Positions 54,464 through 64,000 of a stretch of DNA of 64,000 nucleotides are shown here, piece after piece. The stretch is from contig CAWFQK010000004.1 of assembly GCA_963817955.1 (NCBI GenBank), positions 576,001 to 640,000 on the forward strand, given 5' to 3'. The stretch comes from an uncultured Gemmatimonadaceae bacterium (GTDB taxonomy: Bacteria > Gemmatimonadota > Gemmatimonadetes > Gemmatimonadales > Gemmatimonadaceae). The translations under genes were made by a program, and so were the position numbers. The notes under the pieces are model-generated. The model saw only the letters and a list, made by a program, of their open reading frames with translations, searched no databases and was not told the DNA's origin. Every line of letters begins with the position of its first letter. The first letter of the stretch is position 1.

Positions 54464-57400
54464 CTACTGTATCCTGGTAATGGCGACGTAGGCCGTGATC
54501 CCGTCGAGATCGATGGCGGACATGTCGCGTCCCTTCAGTTCTCCCGCGCCCATGAACACGAGCTCGGTTGCCAGCACTTCTTCACTCACCCATGCACCGC
54601 GCGCGTCGATCACCGCCCGCACTTCGTCGCCACCTGCCACGCTCAGCACAATCCGGTCGCTGATCGCGAATCCCGATTCCTTTCGCATACGCTGTACCCG
54701 ACTGACGAGCTCCCGGGCATAGCCCTCGAGGCGCAGTTCCGGCGTGATCGTCGGATCGAGTGCCGCGAAGAATCCGCCGTCCTCCTGCACCGCCAGTGTA
54801 CCTGACGCTCGACGCACGATCGTGAGATCGTCCGGCCCGAGTTCGTGCGAATCCCCCTCAACGCTAACGACGAGGGGCTCGCCGCGCAGGAATTCACGCA
54901 ATTCCTCGCTTCCGAACGCCAGAACGGCCCCGGCCGCCAGTGGCGTCTTCTTGCCGAACTTCTTGCCCAGCGCCCGGAAATTGGGTTTTGCCTCGAGCGT
55001 TACCAGCGCGTCACCCGAGCTGGCAAAGTCGACCACCTTCACGTTGAGTTCCGCGGCAAGGAGCGGAATGAGTGGCGCGAGCGCCTCATTGTTGACGTTC
55101 GGCGCAACACACACCATGCGCGACAGTGGCTGCCGGACCCTGATGCCGACATCCTCTCGCACCGCCCGCCCGAGACGCGCCAAGCTCCGAATGGCATGCA
55201 TAGCCGCATCGAGCGTGGCGTCTGCCGACTCCGATCGCGCAGCGACGAACGGCGCCAGATGCACCGACTCGCCCGTCAGTTCGCGATGGATCCAGTCGCT
55301 CACGAACGGCGCGAACGGCGCGAGCAGGCGGCAGACCGACACGAGCACCGTATGCAGCGTGGCGAACGCCGCGCGGTTGTCCGGCTGATCCACGTCGTAG
55401 AACCGACCGCGATTGAGCCGCACGTACCAATTCGACAGATCGTCGTCCACGAACTCGATGATCGCGCGTGCCGCAGTGGTGGCGTCGAACCCCTCGAGGG
55501 CCGCGTCGACCGTGCGTTCCAGCCCCGTGAGGCGACTGAGCATCCACCGGTCGATCACCGGACGCGCCGCGACCGGTGGGTCCTGTTCGGACGGACTCCA
55601 CCCAAAGTTCGCGTACTCGGCAAAGATACCACTATATACGTTCTTGAACGTTCGCAGGAAGCGTCCAGCCTGCTCGCCGATCAATCGCTCGTCGAAGCTG
55701 CGCGCCACCCACAGGTTGCTCGTCGCCACGAGGAAGAGACGTACGGCATCGACGCCATGGCGCCCAATGACCTCCCACGGATCGACGGCGTTGCCGCGGC
55801 TCTTCGACATCTTGAGGCCGTGCTCGTCGAGGACCATATCGTTCACGACGACGGCGCGGTAGGGCGACGCGCCCGCGTGCGGGCCGGCGTTGTTCGGCAG
55901 GGCATCACCGAGTCCCGTCGCGATCGCGAGGAGCGAATAGAACCAACCACGGGTCTGATCCACACCCTCGGCGATGAAGTCGGCCGGGAACTGCTCCTTC
56001 AACTGATCGCGATTCTCGAACGGATAATGCCACTGGGCAAACGACATCGACCCGGAATCGAACCAGGTGTCGATCACCTCCGGTGCGCGACGCATGGTGC
56101 CATGGCACTCCGGCTCGCGACACGCCCACGTGTGACCGTCAACATTGGGCTTGTGCGGATCGAAGTCCTCGGCCAGTGGGGCGCCGGTGCGCTCGGCGAG
56201 CTCGGCGTAGCTGCCGACACAATCGGTGTGTGCCGCCGTGGCGTCGCAAATCCAAACGGGCAACGGCGTACCCCAGAACCGGTCTCGCGAGATGGCCCAA
56301 TCAATGTTGTTCTTCAGCCACTCGCCAAAGCGCCCCTCGCCCACCGACGACGGATGCCAATCGACCCGTGCGTTCCGCGCCAGCATGGCGTCGCGCACCG
56401 CCGTCGTCCGCACGAACCAGGAAGTGCGCGCGTAGTACAGCAGTGGCGTGCCGCAGCGCCAGCAATGCGGGTACGGGTGTGTGATCCGGCCCGCCTTCCA
56501 CAACACATCGCGTCGCTTCAGCTCCTCGATGAGCAGCGCGTCGGCGTCCTTCACGAACAGACCGCCAACGACTGGCATTGATGACGGAAATTCGCCGCGC
56601 GCGCCAACCGGCTGCAGAAAGGCGAGATTGTGACGCTGTCCCGCCGCATAGTCGTCGGCACCAAACGCCGGCGACATGTGCACCACACCGCTGCCGTCCC
56701 CGGCGGAAACGAAGTCCTCGCCAACGATGATCTCGTGGTTGGTCCCTTCCGGAAACTCCAGCCAATCCAAGGGGCGTTCGTACCGCATGCCGACGAGGTC
56801 GGCGCCGCGCATCCTTCCCGCCACCGACCAGCGGTTCTCGTAGTCGTCGCCAAGCACTGCCGTCACGCGCGACTCGGCGAGGATGATGGATCTCTGGTCT
56901 TTCCCCTCCTCGCGGCGCACGAGCTCGACGTAATCGAGATCGGGATGCACGGCGAGCGCAGTGTTCGACACCAGCGTCCAGGGCGTCGTGGTCCACACGA
57001 GGATGCGCCGCGTCGTCGCCACTCCAGCCTGATCGACGAGGGCCAGCGCGATGTACACGCTCGGGTCTTCGACGTCTTCGTAGCCTTGCGCGACCTCATG
57101 GCTGGACAACGCGGTGCCGCATCGCGGGCAGTACGGCAGAATCTTGTGCCCGCGGTAGAGCAGCCCCTTGTCGTATAGCGTCTTGAGCGCCCACCACACG
57201 CTCTCCACGTACTCATTGCTGTACGTGACGTACGGGTGCTCGTAGTCCAACCAGTAGCCAATGCGCGTGCTGAGGCGCTCCCAGTCGCCGCGGTACTTGA
57301 ACACGCTCTCGCGGCACAACCGGTTGAACTCGGCCACGCCCAGCGCCTCGATCTGCTGCTTGCCGCTGATGCCAAGCTGCTTCTCCACCTCGATCTCGAC

Positions 57401-57679
57401 CGGCAGCCCGTGCGTGTCCCACCCTGCCTTGCGCGGCACCCGGAAACCCTTCATGGCCCGGTGGCGGCAGAAGAGATCCTTGATCGTCCGCGCGAACACA
57501 TGGTGGATGCCGGGACGACCATTGGCCGTCGGCGGGCCTTCAAAGAATACGAACGTCGGCGCATCGGCGCGCGCCGCCAGCGTCTGACGGAAGAGATCTT
57601 CTTCCTCCCATCGCGCGAGCAACTCGCGCTCGACGTCATCGGCGGCGCGGCCCGGCGGCAGCAATTGGTATCGCGTCAT
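54464..57679 (-). CDS. ileS: Isoleucine--tRNA ligase (IleRS2-type)
   Basis: GPPTANG, GWDTHGLP, WTTTPWT, DWAISR, EGVDQTRGWF and KMSKS. The long C-terminus EGYARELVSRVQRMRK is typical of type 2. Confidence 0.96.
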   Translation of the reverse strand: MTRYQLLPPGRAADDVERELLARWEEEDLFRQTLAARADAPTFVFFEGPPTANGRPGIHHVFARTIKDLFCRHRAMKGFRVPRKAGWDTHGLPVEIEVEKQLGISGKQQIEALGVAEFNRLCRESVFKYRGDWERLSTRIGYWLDYEHPYVTYSNEYVESVWWALKTLYDKGLLYRGHKILPYCPRCGTALSSHEVAQGYEDVEDPSVYIALALVDQAGVATTRRILVWTTTPWTLVSNTALAVHPDLDYVELVRREEGKDQRSIILAESRVTAVLGDDYENRWSVAGRMRGADLVGMRYERPLDWLEFPEGTNHEIIVGEDFVSAGDGSGVVHMSPAFGADDYAAGQRHNLAFLQPVGARGEFPSSMPVVGGLFVKDADALLIEELKRRDVLWKAGRITHPYPHCWRCGTPLLYYARTSWFVRTTAVRDAMLARNARVDWHPSSVGEGRFGEWLKNNIDWAISRDRFWGTPLPVWICDATAAHTDCVGSYAELAERTGAPLAEDFDPHKPNVDGHTWACREPECHGTMRRAPEVIDTWFDSGSMSFAQWHYPFENRDQLKEQFPADFIAEGVDQTRGWFYSLLAIATGLGDALPNNAGPHAGASPYRAVVVNDMVLDEHGLKMSKSRGNAVDPWEVIGRHGVDAVRLFLVATSNLWVARSFDERLIGEQAGRFLRTFKNVYSGIFAEYANFGWSPSEQDPPVAARPVIDRWMLSRLTGLERTVDAALEGFDATTAARAIIEFVDDDLSNWYVRLNRGRFYDVDQPDNRAAFATLHTVLVSVCRLLAPFAPFVSDWIHRELTGESVHLAPFVAARSESADATLDAAMHAIRSLARLGRAVREDVGIRVRQPLSRMVCVAPNVNNEALAPLIPLLAAELNVKVVDFASSGDALVTLEAKPNFRALGKKFGKKTPLAAGAVLAFGSEELREFLRGEPLVVSVEGDSHELGPDDLTIVRRASGTLAVQEDGGFFAALDPTITPELRLEGYARELVSRVQRMRKESGFAISDRIVLSVAGGDEVRAVIDARGAWVSEEVLATELVFMGAGELKGRDMSAIDLDGITAYVAITRIQ

Positions 57680-57690
57680 GCTCGGCGCAG

Positions 57691-58560
57691 TCACAGCCGC
57701 TCCAGCACGCCGCAAACCAGCGCGGTCAGTGCCGGCTCGGCGCCGTTCGCCACGCTGATGATGTGTTCCACGGTTGCCGGTTCAAGCGCGTCAGGAAGAC
57801 ACATGTCCGTAATGATGGAAAGTCCGAGCACGCGCATTCCCGCGTGCACCGCCACGAGTACCTCTGGCACCGTCGACATGCCGACGACGTCCGCGCCCAG
57901 TGCTCGCAAGAATCGATATTCGGCGCGCGTTTCCAGATTCGGTCCCGTGACCGCGACGTACACGCCTTCTCGCAACAGTCGCTTGCCGTCCATCGCAACC
58001 GCGCGCGCGCTGGCGCGGAGCCCGGCGTCGTACGGTGCCGACAGATCCGGAAAGCGCGGCCCCAGCCGATCATCATTCGGGCCGATCAGCGGACTGTCGC
58101 CGAGCAGATTGATGTGGTCAGCAATGAGCATGACGTCGCCGGCGGACCACATCGGGTTGAGGCCACCGCAGGCGTTCGACACGATGAGCGTGTCGGCGCC
58201 GAGCGCGCGCAGCACGCGCACCGGAAAAGTGACCTGCTGCAACGTGTAGCCTTCGTAGCGGTGCAGCCGCCCCTGCATGGCGATCACCGTCTTACCCCCC
58301 AGCGTGCCGCAGAGCAGGCGTCCCTGATGCGATTCGACGGTCGAGCACGCAAAGCCCGGAATGTCGCCGTAGTCGATCACCGCCTGGGTATCGATCTCCG
58401 CGGCGAGCCTGCCCAGTCCCGTGCCGAGAATGATTGCCGCATTTGGGCGCGTGCTGAACCGCTCGCGCACCGCCATGGCGGCGGCGTCAATGGACTCCAA
58501 CGCATGACAACCCGGCAGCGCTGGCGGTGCCGAATGCAGCAAGGTGGCGTCTGATGTCAT
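57691..58560 (-). CDS. Purine nucleoside phosphorylase (trimeric, PNP/XapA type)
   Basis: ILGTGLG, QGRLHRYEGY, SNACGG, GPNLETRAE and VGMSTVPE. Confidence 0.93.
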   Translation of the reverse strand: MTSDATLLHSAPPALPGCHALESIDAAAMAVRERFSTRPNAAIILGTGLGRLAAEIDTQAVIDYGDIPGFACSTVESHQGRLLCGTLGGKTVIAMQGRLHRYEGYTLQQVTFPVRVLRALGADTLIVSNACGGLNPMWSAGDVMLIADHINLLGDSPLIGPNDDRLGPRFPDLSAPYDAGLRASARAVAMDGKRLLREGVYVAVTGPNLETRAEYRFLRALGADVVGMSTVPEVLVAVHAGMRVLGLSIITDMCLPDALEPATVEHIISVANGAEPALTALVCGVLERL

Positions 58561-59084
58561 TCTTTGACGAGCGATCCCATCCACGCCGACGAGCCCTCAC
58601 GCCCGTCGGCGTCAGACGGCGGAGACTGTTCGGCAGCGTTGATCTCCGAGAGCTGGCGCTCGACGATCATGCGCAGCTGCGCCAGATAGGCGCGGCGTGT
58701 GCGGTCGAGCGCGGCAATCTGATCCTCCATGCGACGAATCTCGACGCGCGCTTCTTCGGCAATTCGGTCCGCGTCGCTGTGGGCCTCGCGGATGATGAGC
58801 TGCCCCTCCTTCTCAGCCTGCTCGCGAATCTCGCCGCGCAGCTGTTGCGCCGAGATCAGCGCCTCGTTGATCGCCTTGTCGCGTTCACGAAATGCCCGAA
58901 GCTGTTCGTGGAACCCGCGGGCCTTGCTGTCGAGATCCTGGTTCAGACGCAACAGGCGCTCGAGCTCCTCGGCCACCTGCTCGCGGAACTGATCGACTCG
59001 CTCGGGATCGTAGCCGCGTAGCGCCTTTCCGAACTCATAGCGGCGCACGTCGAGCGGCGTGAGATGAAAGGTCTCGTCGATCAT
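58557..59084 (-). CDS. divIVA: DivIVA-domain protein
   Basis: LTPLDVRRYEFGKALRGYDPERVDQF followed by a long coiled coil with AEKEG. Confidence 0.9.
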   Translation of the reverse strand: MIDETFHLTPLDVRRYEFGKALRGYDPERVDQFREQVAEELERLLRLNQDLDSKARGFHEQLRAFRERDKAINEALISAQQLRGEIREQAEKEGQLIIREAHSDADRIAEEARVEIRRMEDQIAALDRTRRAYLAQLRMIVERQLSEINAAEQSPPSDADGREGSSAWMGSLVKE

Positions 59085-59764
59085 GCGGATCTCGCTCCGA
59101 AGAGAATCGTCCCGAGGCGCACCATCGTGGCGCCCTCCTCGACTGCGACCTCGTAATCGTTCGACATTCCCATCGACAGCTCCGTGGCCTCGTGCCCGGC
59201 AGCGCACAACACATCGCGTGCGTCCCGCGCGCCGGCAAATACGAGCCGGAGTGTCGCCTCGTCAGCATCGAGCGGCGCCATGGTCATTACCCCGCGAACG
59301 CGAATCCCCTGCAAAGTTCGCAATCGCTCCGCTTCTGATTGCCAGTCGACACGCGCAAATCCACCCTTTGAATCCTCTCGCACAACGTTCACCTGAAACA
59401 GCACATTCACCGGCCGAGTTCCCGTCGTCCCAACCTCATTGACGGCGTCCGCGAGGCGGCTGCTGTCGAGAGAATGCAGGAGATCGAACCGCGCCAGCAC
59501 CTTCACCTTATTCCGCTGCAAATGGCCGATCAGATGCCAGCGCACCGGCAGCGACAGGGCATCCATCTTCGGCAGCGCTTCTTGAACGCGATTTTCACCG
59601 ACGTCGCCGACCCCCGCATCCCACGCGGCCTGGACCGCATCGGGTCCATGGGTCTTGGTCACGGCAACAATCGTCACCCTTTGGCCATGCCCGCCGCGGC
59701 GAACGGCAGTCTCGATCCGATCACGCACGTCGCGTAGCCGGTCCGGGAGGTCAGGAAACGGCAT
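59081..59764 (-). CDS. yggS: PLP homeostasis protein (YggS/PROSC)
   Basis: AVTKT, GENRVQE, WHLIGHLQRNK, LSMGMSND and VRLGT. Confidence 0.95.
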   Translation of the reverse strand: MPFPDLPDRLRDVRDRIETAVRRGGHGQRVTIVAVTKTHGPDAVQAAWDAGVGDVGENRVQEALPKMDALSLPVRWHLIGHLQRNKVKVLARFDLLHSLDSSRLADAVNEVGTTGTRPVNVLFQVNVVREDSKGGFARVDWQSEAERLRTLQGIRVRGVMTMAPLDADEATLRLVFAGARDARDVLCAAGHEATELSMGMSNDYEVAVEEGATMVRLGTILFGARSA

Positions 59765-59775
59765 AACGCACCAAT

Positions 59776-61737
59776 TTACCGGAGGTTACAAAGTGAATCA
59801 AGGGAAGCGAATTGTGCAGCAGAGGGGTTCGGCAGGAGGATCGACCGAGGGCAAGACAGGATGCCGGAAAAGTACTCGTGTACGGGGTCCAGAGCGGGGT
59901 GCGGCTCGCGTCCGCGACGCCAGATTTCAATTAATCGGGCGGCGGCGGCGGTTGCCGCGGTGTCGACACGAACACTCGGCGCCATTGCATGCCGGTGGAA
60001 ACTACCGCCGTCGTCAGCAGTATCCGCGAGCAACGAGATTCCGATCACCGTCCATCGATCTCCTAGCCGGTTCCTGTCGCGAGCCGGCACGAGCATGGAG
60101 ACGGCCACGGGGCGACGCTGCGCCAGTGCCGACTGCGCGATCCTCGCCGAGCGTGCCACTACGTCACCTGAAATGACGCCCCCGAACAAGCGCTGGCGCC
60201 GCATCAGCTCGTCACCACTCCATGGCGCGCCCAAGAGCGGCATCGTCACCACCGTCACGTCAGGCCGGCGGTGCTCCACCTGCTGAGCGTACCAGAGCGG
60301 ATATGTGTCATTATCGCCCGCAACAAACAGGACGGTGCGGTGAGGAAGTGGATCGAGGAGCATCGAGGCAACTTCGCGCGCCATGCTCGCCTCCGGCTCG
60401 GATCGCCGGTCCACGGCCGACCAATTGAGGACGATGGGCAGGGCGGCCAGCACGACGCCTAGCGCGGCAGGCGCCGCGAACCGACGGACGAGGGCCACCG
60501 CCCCCATGCCGGCCCAAATGCCCCATGCCCAGAATCCAAGCACGAAGAAGTAATCGCGGTCTCGCGCCTCGTGCCTCGCCTCATCGGGAACGAAGGTCCA
60601 CGCGAACGACGTTCCGACCTTCAGGTCGAGATACGTTATGACGCCAAGCGATCCGCAAATCAGGAGCAGCCCCACCGCCACCCAGGTGCGGCGATCGACT
60701 GACCGATGCCAGCGCGATCCAATCAGCCCAAGCGCGGCGAAGCCGACCGTCACGAGCACACGTCCGATCGATGGAATCACCGTTGGCGCAAGCGACAGCG
60801 CAAACTGCCAATCGGCGTACTCGAACCAGTTGGCAATCTGTAACCAGATCGGCGCCTCACGCGGCCACAGGCCCTGGACGTCGTACTGCCTCCGCCCGAC
60901 CACATACGCGAGTTGGCGCCAACTCGAGGGGTTCGCCTGGTTGATCGCCGGATCGTGTCTGGCGCGGACAAGCAGGAACAGGAGCGCGGATGCCGCGACG
61001 AACGTGACGGCGCAGACCGCGAGCGTGTCGCGGGCCGCAAACCGCACGCGAGATCGCGAAAATCCGAACGTGCTCGCCGCCAACAGCGCCGCGCCGGCGA
61101 CGCTGACGGCGATGGACAATCGACTGACGCCCGCCACGAGCACGCTCACCCCGAGCATCGCCAGGCCGGCGCTCCAGTCCCATGCGCCGTCCTGGCGACG
61201 GATGACCAAATAGATCACGACCGGAGCGGCGACGAGCGCGCTGAGGTGCAGCGGCAGCGACAGCGCGAGCAGGTACGCGGCGAGCACCGTCCAGCGACGG
61301 TCCGTTGCGCGTCCCGCCTGATCGGCGACGGCAATCGCGGCAACGGACAGTACGAGCGACGCCGCGTAGACTTCCGTCTCGGTCGCGTTCTGCCACACCG
61401 ACGTCATCGAGCCTGCTGTGATCGCCGCGGCGAGCGCGTACCAAGGGCGACCGGTCGCGCGCGCGATGAACGCCGCCGTCAATCCGACCGCACCGGCCGT
61501 GCAGACGGCCGAAAACAGATTCGTCGCAGTAGCGAATGGCAGAAACGGGCACAGCTTTGCCCAGACGTTCAGTAGAATGACGAACAACGGCGTGCCGGGG
61601 GGATGCGGAATGCCGAGCACTCGGGCGGCCGCGATGAACTCGCCGGAATCCCAGAACGTTACGCTTGGCGCGAGAGTCGCCACGTAGACGACGAACAGTG
61701 CACCGCCGGCAAGCCATCCGGCGCGGCGTGCGGTCAC
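59776..61737 (-). CDS. DUF2723 membrane protein (GT-C-like, TMEM260-related)
   Basis: TLAPSVTFWDSGEF, IPHPPGTPLF, TETEVY, HEARDRDYFF and GDNDTYPLWYAQ. GTG start at 61737. Confidence 0.85.
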   Translation of the reverse strand: MTARRAGWLAGGALFVVYVATLAPSVTFWDSGEFIAAARVLGIPHPPGTPLFVILLNVWAKLCPFLPFATATNLFSAVCTAGAVGLTAAFIARATGRPWYALAAAITAGSMTSVWQNATETEVYAASLVLSVAAIAVADQAGRATDRRWTVLAAYLLALSLPLHLSALVAAPVVIYLVIRRQDGAWDWSAGLAMLGVSVLVAGVSRLSIAVSVAGAALLAASTFGFSRSRVRFAARDTLAVCAVTFVAASALLFLLVRARHDPAINQANPSSWRQLAYVVGRRQYDVQGLWPREAPIWLQIANWFEYADWQFALSLAPTVIPSIGRVLVTVGFAALGLIGSRWHRSVDRRTWVAVGLLLICGSLGVITYLDLKVGTSFAWTFVPDEARHEARDRDYFFVLGFWAWGIWAGMGAVALVRRFAAPAALGVVLAALPIVLNWSAVDRRSEPEASMAREVASMLLDPLPHRTVLFVAGDNDTYPLWYAQQVEHRRPDVTVVTMPLLGAPWSGDELMRRQRLFGGVISGDVVARSARIAQSALAQRRPVAVSMLVPARDRNRLGDRWTVIGISLLADTADDGGSFHRHAMAPSVRVDTAATAAAARLIEIWRRGREPHPALDPVHEYFSGILSCPRSILLPNPSAAQFASLDSLCNLR

Positions 61738-62531
61738 GAGACGACTTCGACGCCAGTTTCTTCCGATATCTGACGCGTGGAGCGGCCGGATACCAGGTCG
61801 CGTACCTGCAGCGTGGTCAGATCGCGATACAGGCGGCGATGGGACGCCACGGTGATCGCCGCCGTCTCCTCGGACACGACGACGACGAGCGCGTCCGTTT
61901 CCTCGCTCAGCCCGAGCGCAGCGCGATGCCGCGTGCCGAGCGATCGATCGGAGAGCGCCGCCTGCGACAGCGGCAGGATGCACCCCGCCCCGACGATCGT
62001 GTCGCCGCGAATGAGCACCGCGCCGTCGTGCAGCGGGGAGTACGGAGTGAAGATCGTGGCCAGCAGGTCGGCGGACACCTTGGCCTGCATGGTCGACCCG
62101 GACTGCACGTACTCATCGAGCGATACTTCGCGCTCGATCGCGATGATCGCGCCGATGCCCGAGCGGCTGAGCCGCTCGACCGCCTCGGCGACTTCGTCGG
62201 CGATCTCCACGTCGTGATGCGCGAACAAGCGTGACAGCGGCGACCGACCGATCTGCGCCAGGGCGCCGCGCAACTCGGGCGCGAACACCACGAGCAACGC
62301 GATCGCCCCGAAGTTGAACACCAATGTCAGCAGATAGGTGATCATGGTGAGTTGCAGGAAGTACGCGACGCCGTACGTCCCCGCGAGCACCAGGAGACCG
62401 GCCAGCACCTGCATGGCACGCGTTCGATGGATGAGCGCGAGCACGCGGTAGAGCGCAAAGCTCACCACGAGGATCTCGACGGCGTCACGCCAGCTGGGAT
62501 GCAGCAGCCGCAGTTGTTCCAGAATACTCAT
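61734..62531 (-). CDS. cdaA: Membrane diadenylate cyclase CdaA
   Basis: Three N-terminal TMs, FAPELR, PLHDGA, GTRHRAA and VVSEE. Start at ATG 62531. Confidence 0.93.
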   Translation of the reverse strand: MSILEQLRLLHPSWRDAVEILVVSFALYRVLALIHRTRAMQVLAGLLVLAGTYGVAYFLQLTMITYLLTLVFNFGAIALLVVFAPELRGALAQIGRSPLSRLFAHHDVEIADEVAEAVERLSRSGIGAIIAIEREVSLDEYVQSGSTMQAKVSADLLATIFTPYSPLHDGAVLIRGDTIVGAGCILPLSQAALSDRSLGTRHRAALGLSEETDALVVVVSEETAAITVASHRRLYRDLTTLQVRDLVSGRSTRQISEETGVEVVS

Positions 62532-63385
62532 ACCGCTCCGCTCTGCCTGATCGCCCACGCCACGTCCAACGCCTCGCGGGACGGACGCACATCGTGCACC
62601 CGGAACAGCAGCGCGCCGCGCTCCAGGGCCGACACATTCGCGCCCACGGTCCCCGCCACGCGTTCCCGCGGTGATGTCACCTTCGTGAGTTCGCCGACGA
62701 ATCGCTTGCGCGACGCGCCGACCATGACTGGCCATCCAAGCGCAGCGATGCGAGCCAGGCCGGCGAGGACCGCCAGCGAGTGCTCGCTGCGCTTCGCAAA
62801 TCCGAGTCCGGGATCGACGACGATGCACGCCGCGGGAATGCCTGCCCGCTCGCCCACCGTCGCCATGCCGCGCAATTCCGCCGTCACTTCGCCGACGACG
62901 TCCACGCCGTACACCGCATGCACAAATGTCGCCATGTCGGCCACGTCGCCGCGCGAGTGCATGAGCACCACGCCTGCCCCTCCCGCAGCGCACACACTGG
63001 CCATGTCCGCATCGAGCCGCAATCCCGACACGTCGTTGACGATCGATGCGCCGGCCGCGAGCGCCTCTCGCGCCACGCGCGCCTTGACGGTGTCGACCGA
63101 AATCGGAACACCGGGATGGTCGGCACGCACGGCCTCGATGACCGGCAGCACGCGGCGCAGTTCTTCGTCGGCGGGCACCGGAAGGGCACCTTGGGGCCTG
63201 GTCGACTCTCCGCCGATATCAACCACATCGGCGCCTTCGGCGATCAGTTGATCGGCGTGACGGCGCGCATCGGCCAACGACTGCAACCGCCCGCCGTCGC
63301 TGAAGCTGTCAGGTGTGGCGTTGAGAATGCCGAGGATGTGAGGACGGTCCAGCGACAGAACGCCGGAAGCGTGACGCCATTGCAT
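62528..63385 (-). CDS. folP: Dihydropteroate synthase
   Basis: GILNATPDSFSDGG, DIGGESTRP, SVDT, DPGLGFAK, GASRK and RVHDV. Start is 63385 or 63424. Confidence 0.95.
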   Translation of the reverse strand: MQWRHASGVLSLDRPHILGILNATPDSFSDGGRLQSLADARRHADQLIAEGADVVDIGGESTRPQGALPVPADEELRRVLPVIEAVRADHPGVPISVDTVKARVAREALAAGASIVNDVSGLRLDADMASVCAAGGAGVVLMHSRGDVADMATFVHAVYGVDVVGEVTAELRGMATVGERAGIPAACIVVDPGLGFAKRSEHSLAVLAGLARIAALGWPVMVGASRKRFVGELTKVTSPRERVAGTVGANVSALERGALLFRVHDVRPSREALDVAWAIRQSGAV

Positions 63386-63432
63386 GCGGTAAGCTACAAC
63401 TCCCGGGTGTACGTGATTCGCCATGGTTGGCG

Positions 63433-63460
63433 AAAAAAGGGAGCGCCAATGCGCTCCCTT
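63433..63460 (-). terminator. Intrinsic terminator after ftsH
   Basis: AAGGGAGCGC-ATTG-GCGCTCCCTTTTTT on the minus strand. Confidence 0.75.
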
Positions 63461-63494
63461 CACTTCGATCATGCCCGACCTGGTTGCGGCTCGA

Positions 63495-64000
63495 TCACGC
63501 CGGACTCGGCTCCGGCCCGCCGAGCAGCGGCGGATTGGTCCGCTTGGACTCAATCATTGGTGGAACCAGCGATGCGGGCGACAACGGCGGTTCGCCCGGG
63601 GTACGCGGCGGCAAGGTGTCGCCGCGCGCCAGCATCTCGATGTCCTCTCCCGTCAGCGTCTCGCGCTCGAGGAGCGCCGTCGCGACTTGGTGCAACAGGG
63701 AGATGTTCGCCTGGAGCGTCGCCTTGGCGCGCTCGTACGAGTTATCGATCACGCGCTTCACTTCTGCGTCCACGAGTTGTGCCGTCTGCTCGGAGACCTC
63801 GCGTCGATGCTGGATCTCGCGACCGAGAAAGAGCTCCTGCTCGTTGTCACCAACGAGGATCGGCCCGATGGCGTCGGACAGACCCCACTGCGTCACATAG
63901 CGGCGGGCGATCGACGTCGCCTTCTGAATGTCGCTCGCGGCGCCCGTTGTCACATGGTCGTAGCCGAAGATCAACTCTTCTGCCACACGACCGCCGTACG
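63495..64000 (-). CDS. ftsH: FtsH protease, C-terminal part (truncated by the window)
   Basis: GGRVAEELIFG, TTGAASDIQKAT, WGLS and LLERETL; located upstream of folP. Confidence 0.93.
   Translation of the reverse strand, partial: YGGRVAEELIFGYDHVTTGAASDIQKATSIARRYVTQWGLSDAIGPILVGDNEQELFLGREIQHRREVSEQTAQLVDAEVKRVIDNSYERAKATLQANISLLHQVATALLERETLTGEDIEMLARGDTLPPRTPGEPPLSPASLVPPMIESKRTNPPLLGGPEPSPA

Overview
GC-rich bacterial chromosome segment; gene content and order suggest Gemmatimonadota (inference, not verified). Most genes are on the minus strand. Left part: deoB (partial), alr, mazG, asnS, an orphan sensor kinase with a lipoprotein, recG, ftsY and a vWA-type membrane protein. A 2.6-kb repeat-rich insert (11200-13807) follows, bracketed by inverted CGGGACA heptamer arrays. 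It holds a ~285-bp inverted-repeat element, a frameshifted gene remnant and a ~1.1-kb 21-nt-period array; the element's two halves recur in swapped order at 2401-2695. Next is a dcw cluster (rsmH-ftsL-ftsI-murE-murF-mraY-murD-ftsW-murG-murC-ftsQ-ftsA-ftsZ-M23 peptidase, no mraZ), then a degenerate lipid kinase, a secreted TPR protein and tRNA-Val(TAC). The main finding is a ~17-kb tightly coupled cluster (35015-51994). In it a receptor-less CheA/Y/C/D/R/B/W chemosensory set is split by an MglA GTPase, three Roadblock/MglB proteins, TPR proteins, two DUF4388 proteins (one with a tandem MshEN-type c-di-GMP motif) and a protein made of two DnaA-type AAA+ modules with no DNA-binding domain. Right part: rluD, two tandem lspA, a DksA/TraR protein, ileS, PNP, divIVA, yggS, DUF2723, cdaA, folP and ftsH (partial). 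No CRISPR, rRNA, transposase, integrase or reverse transcriptase was seen.
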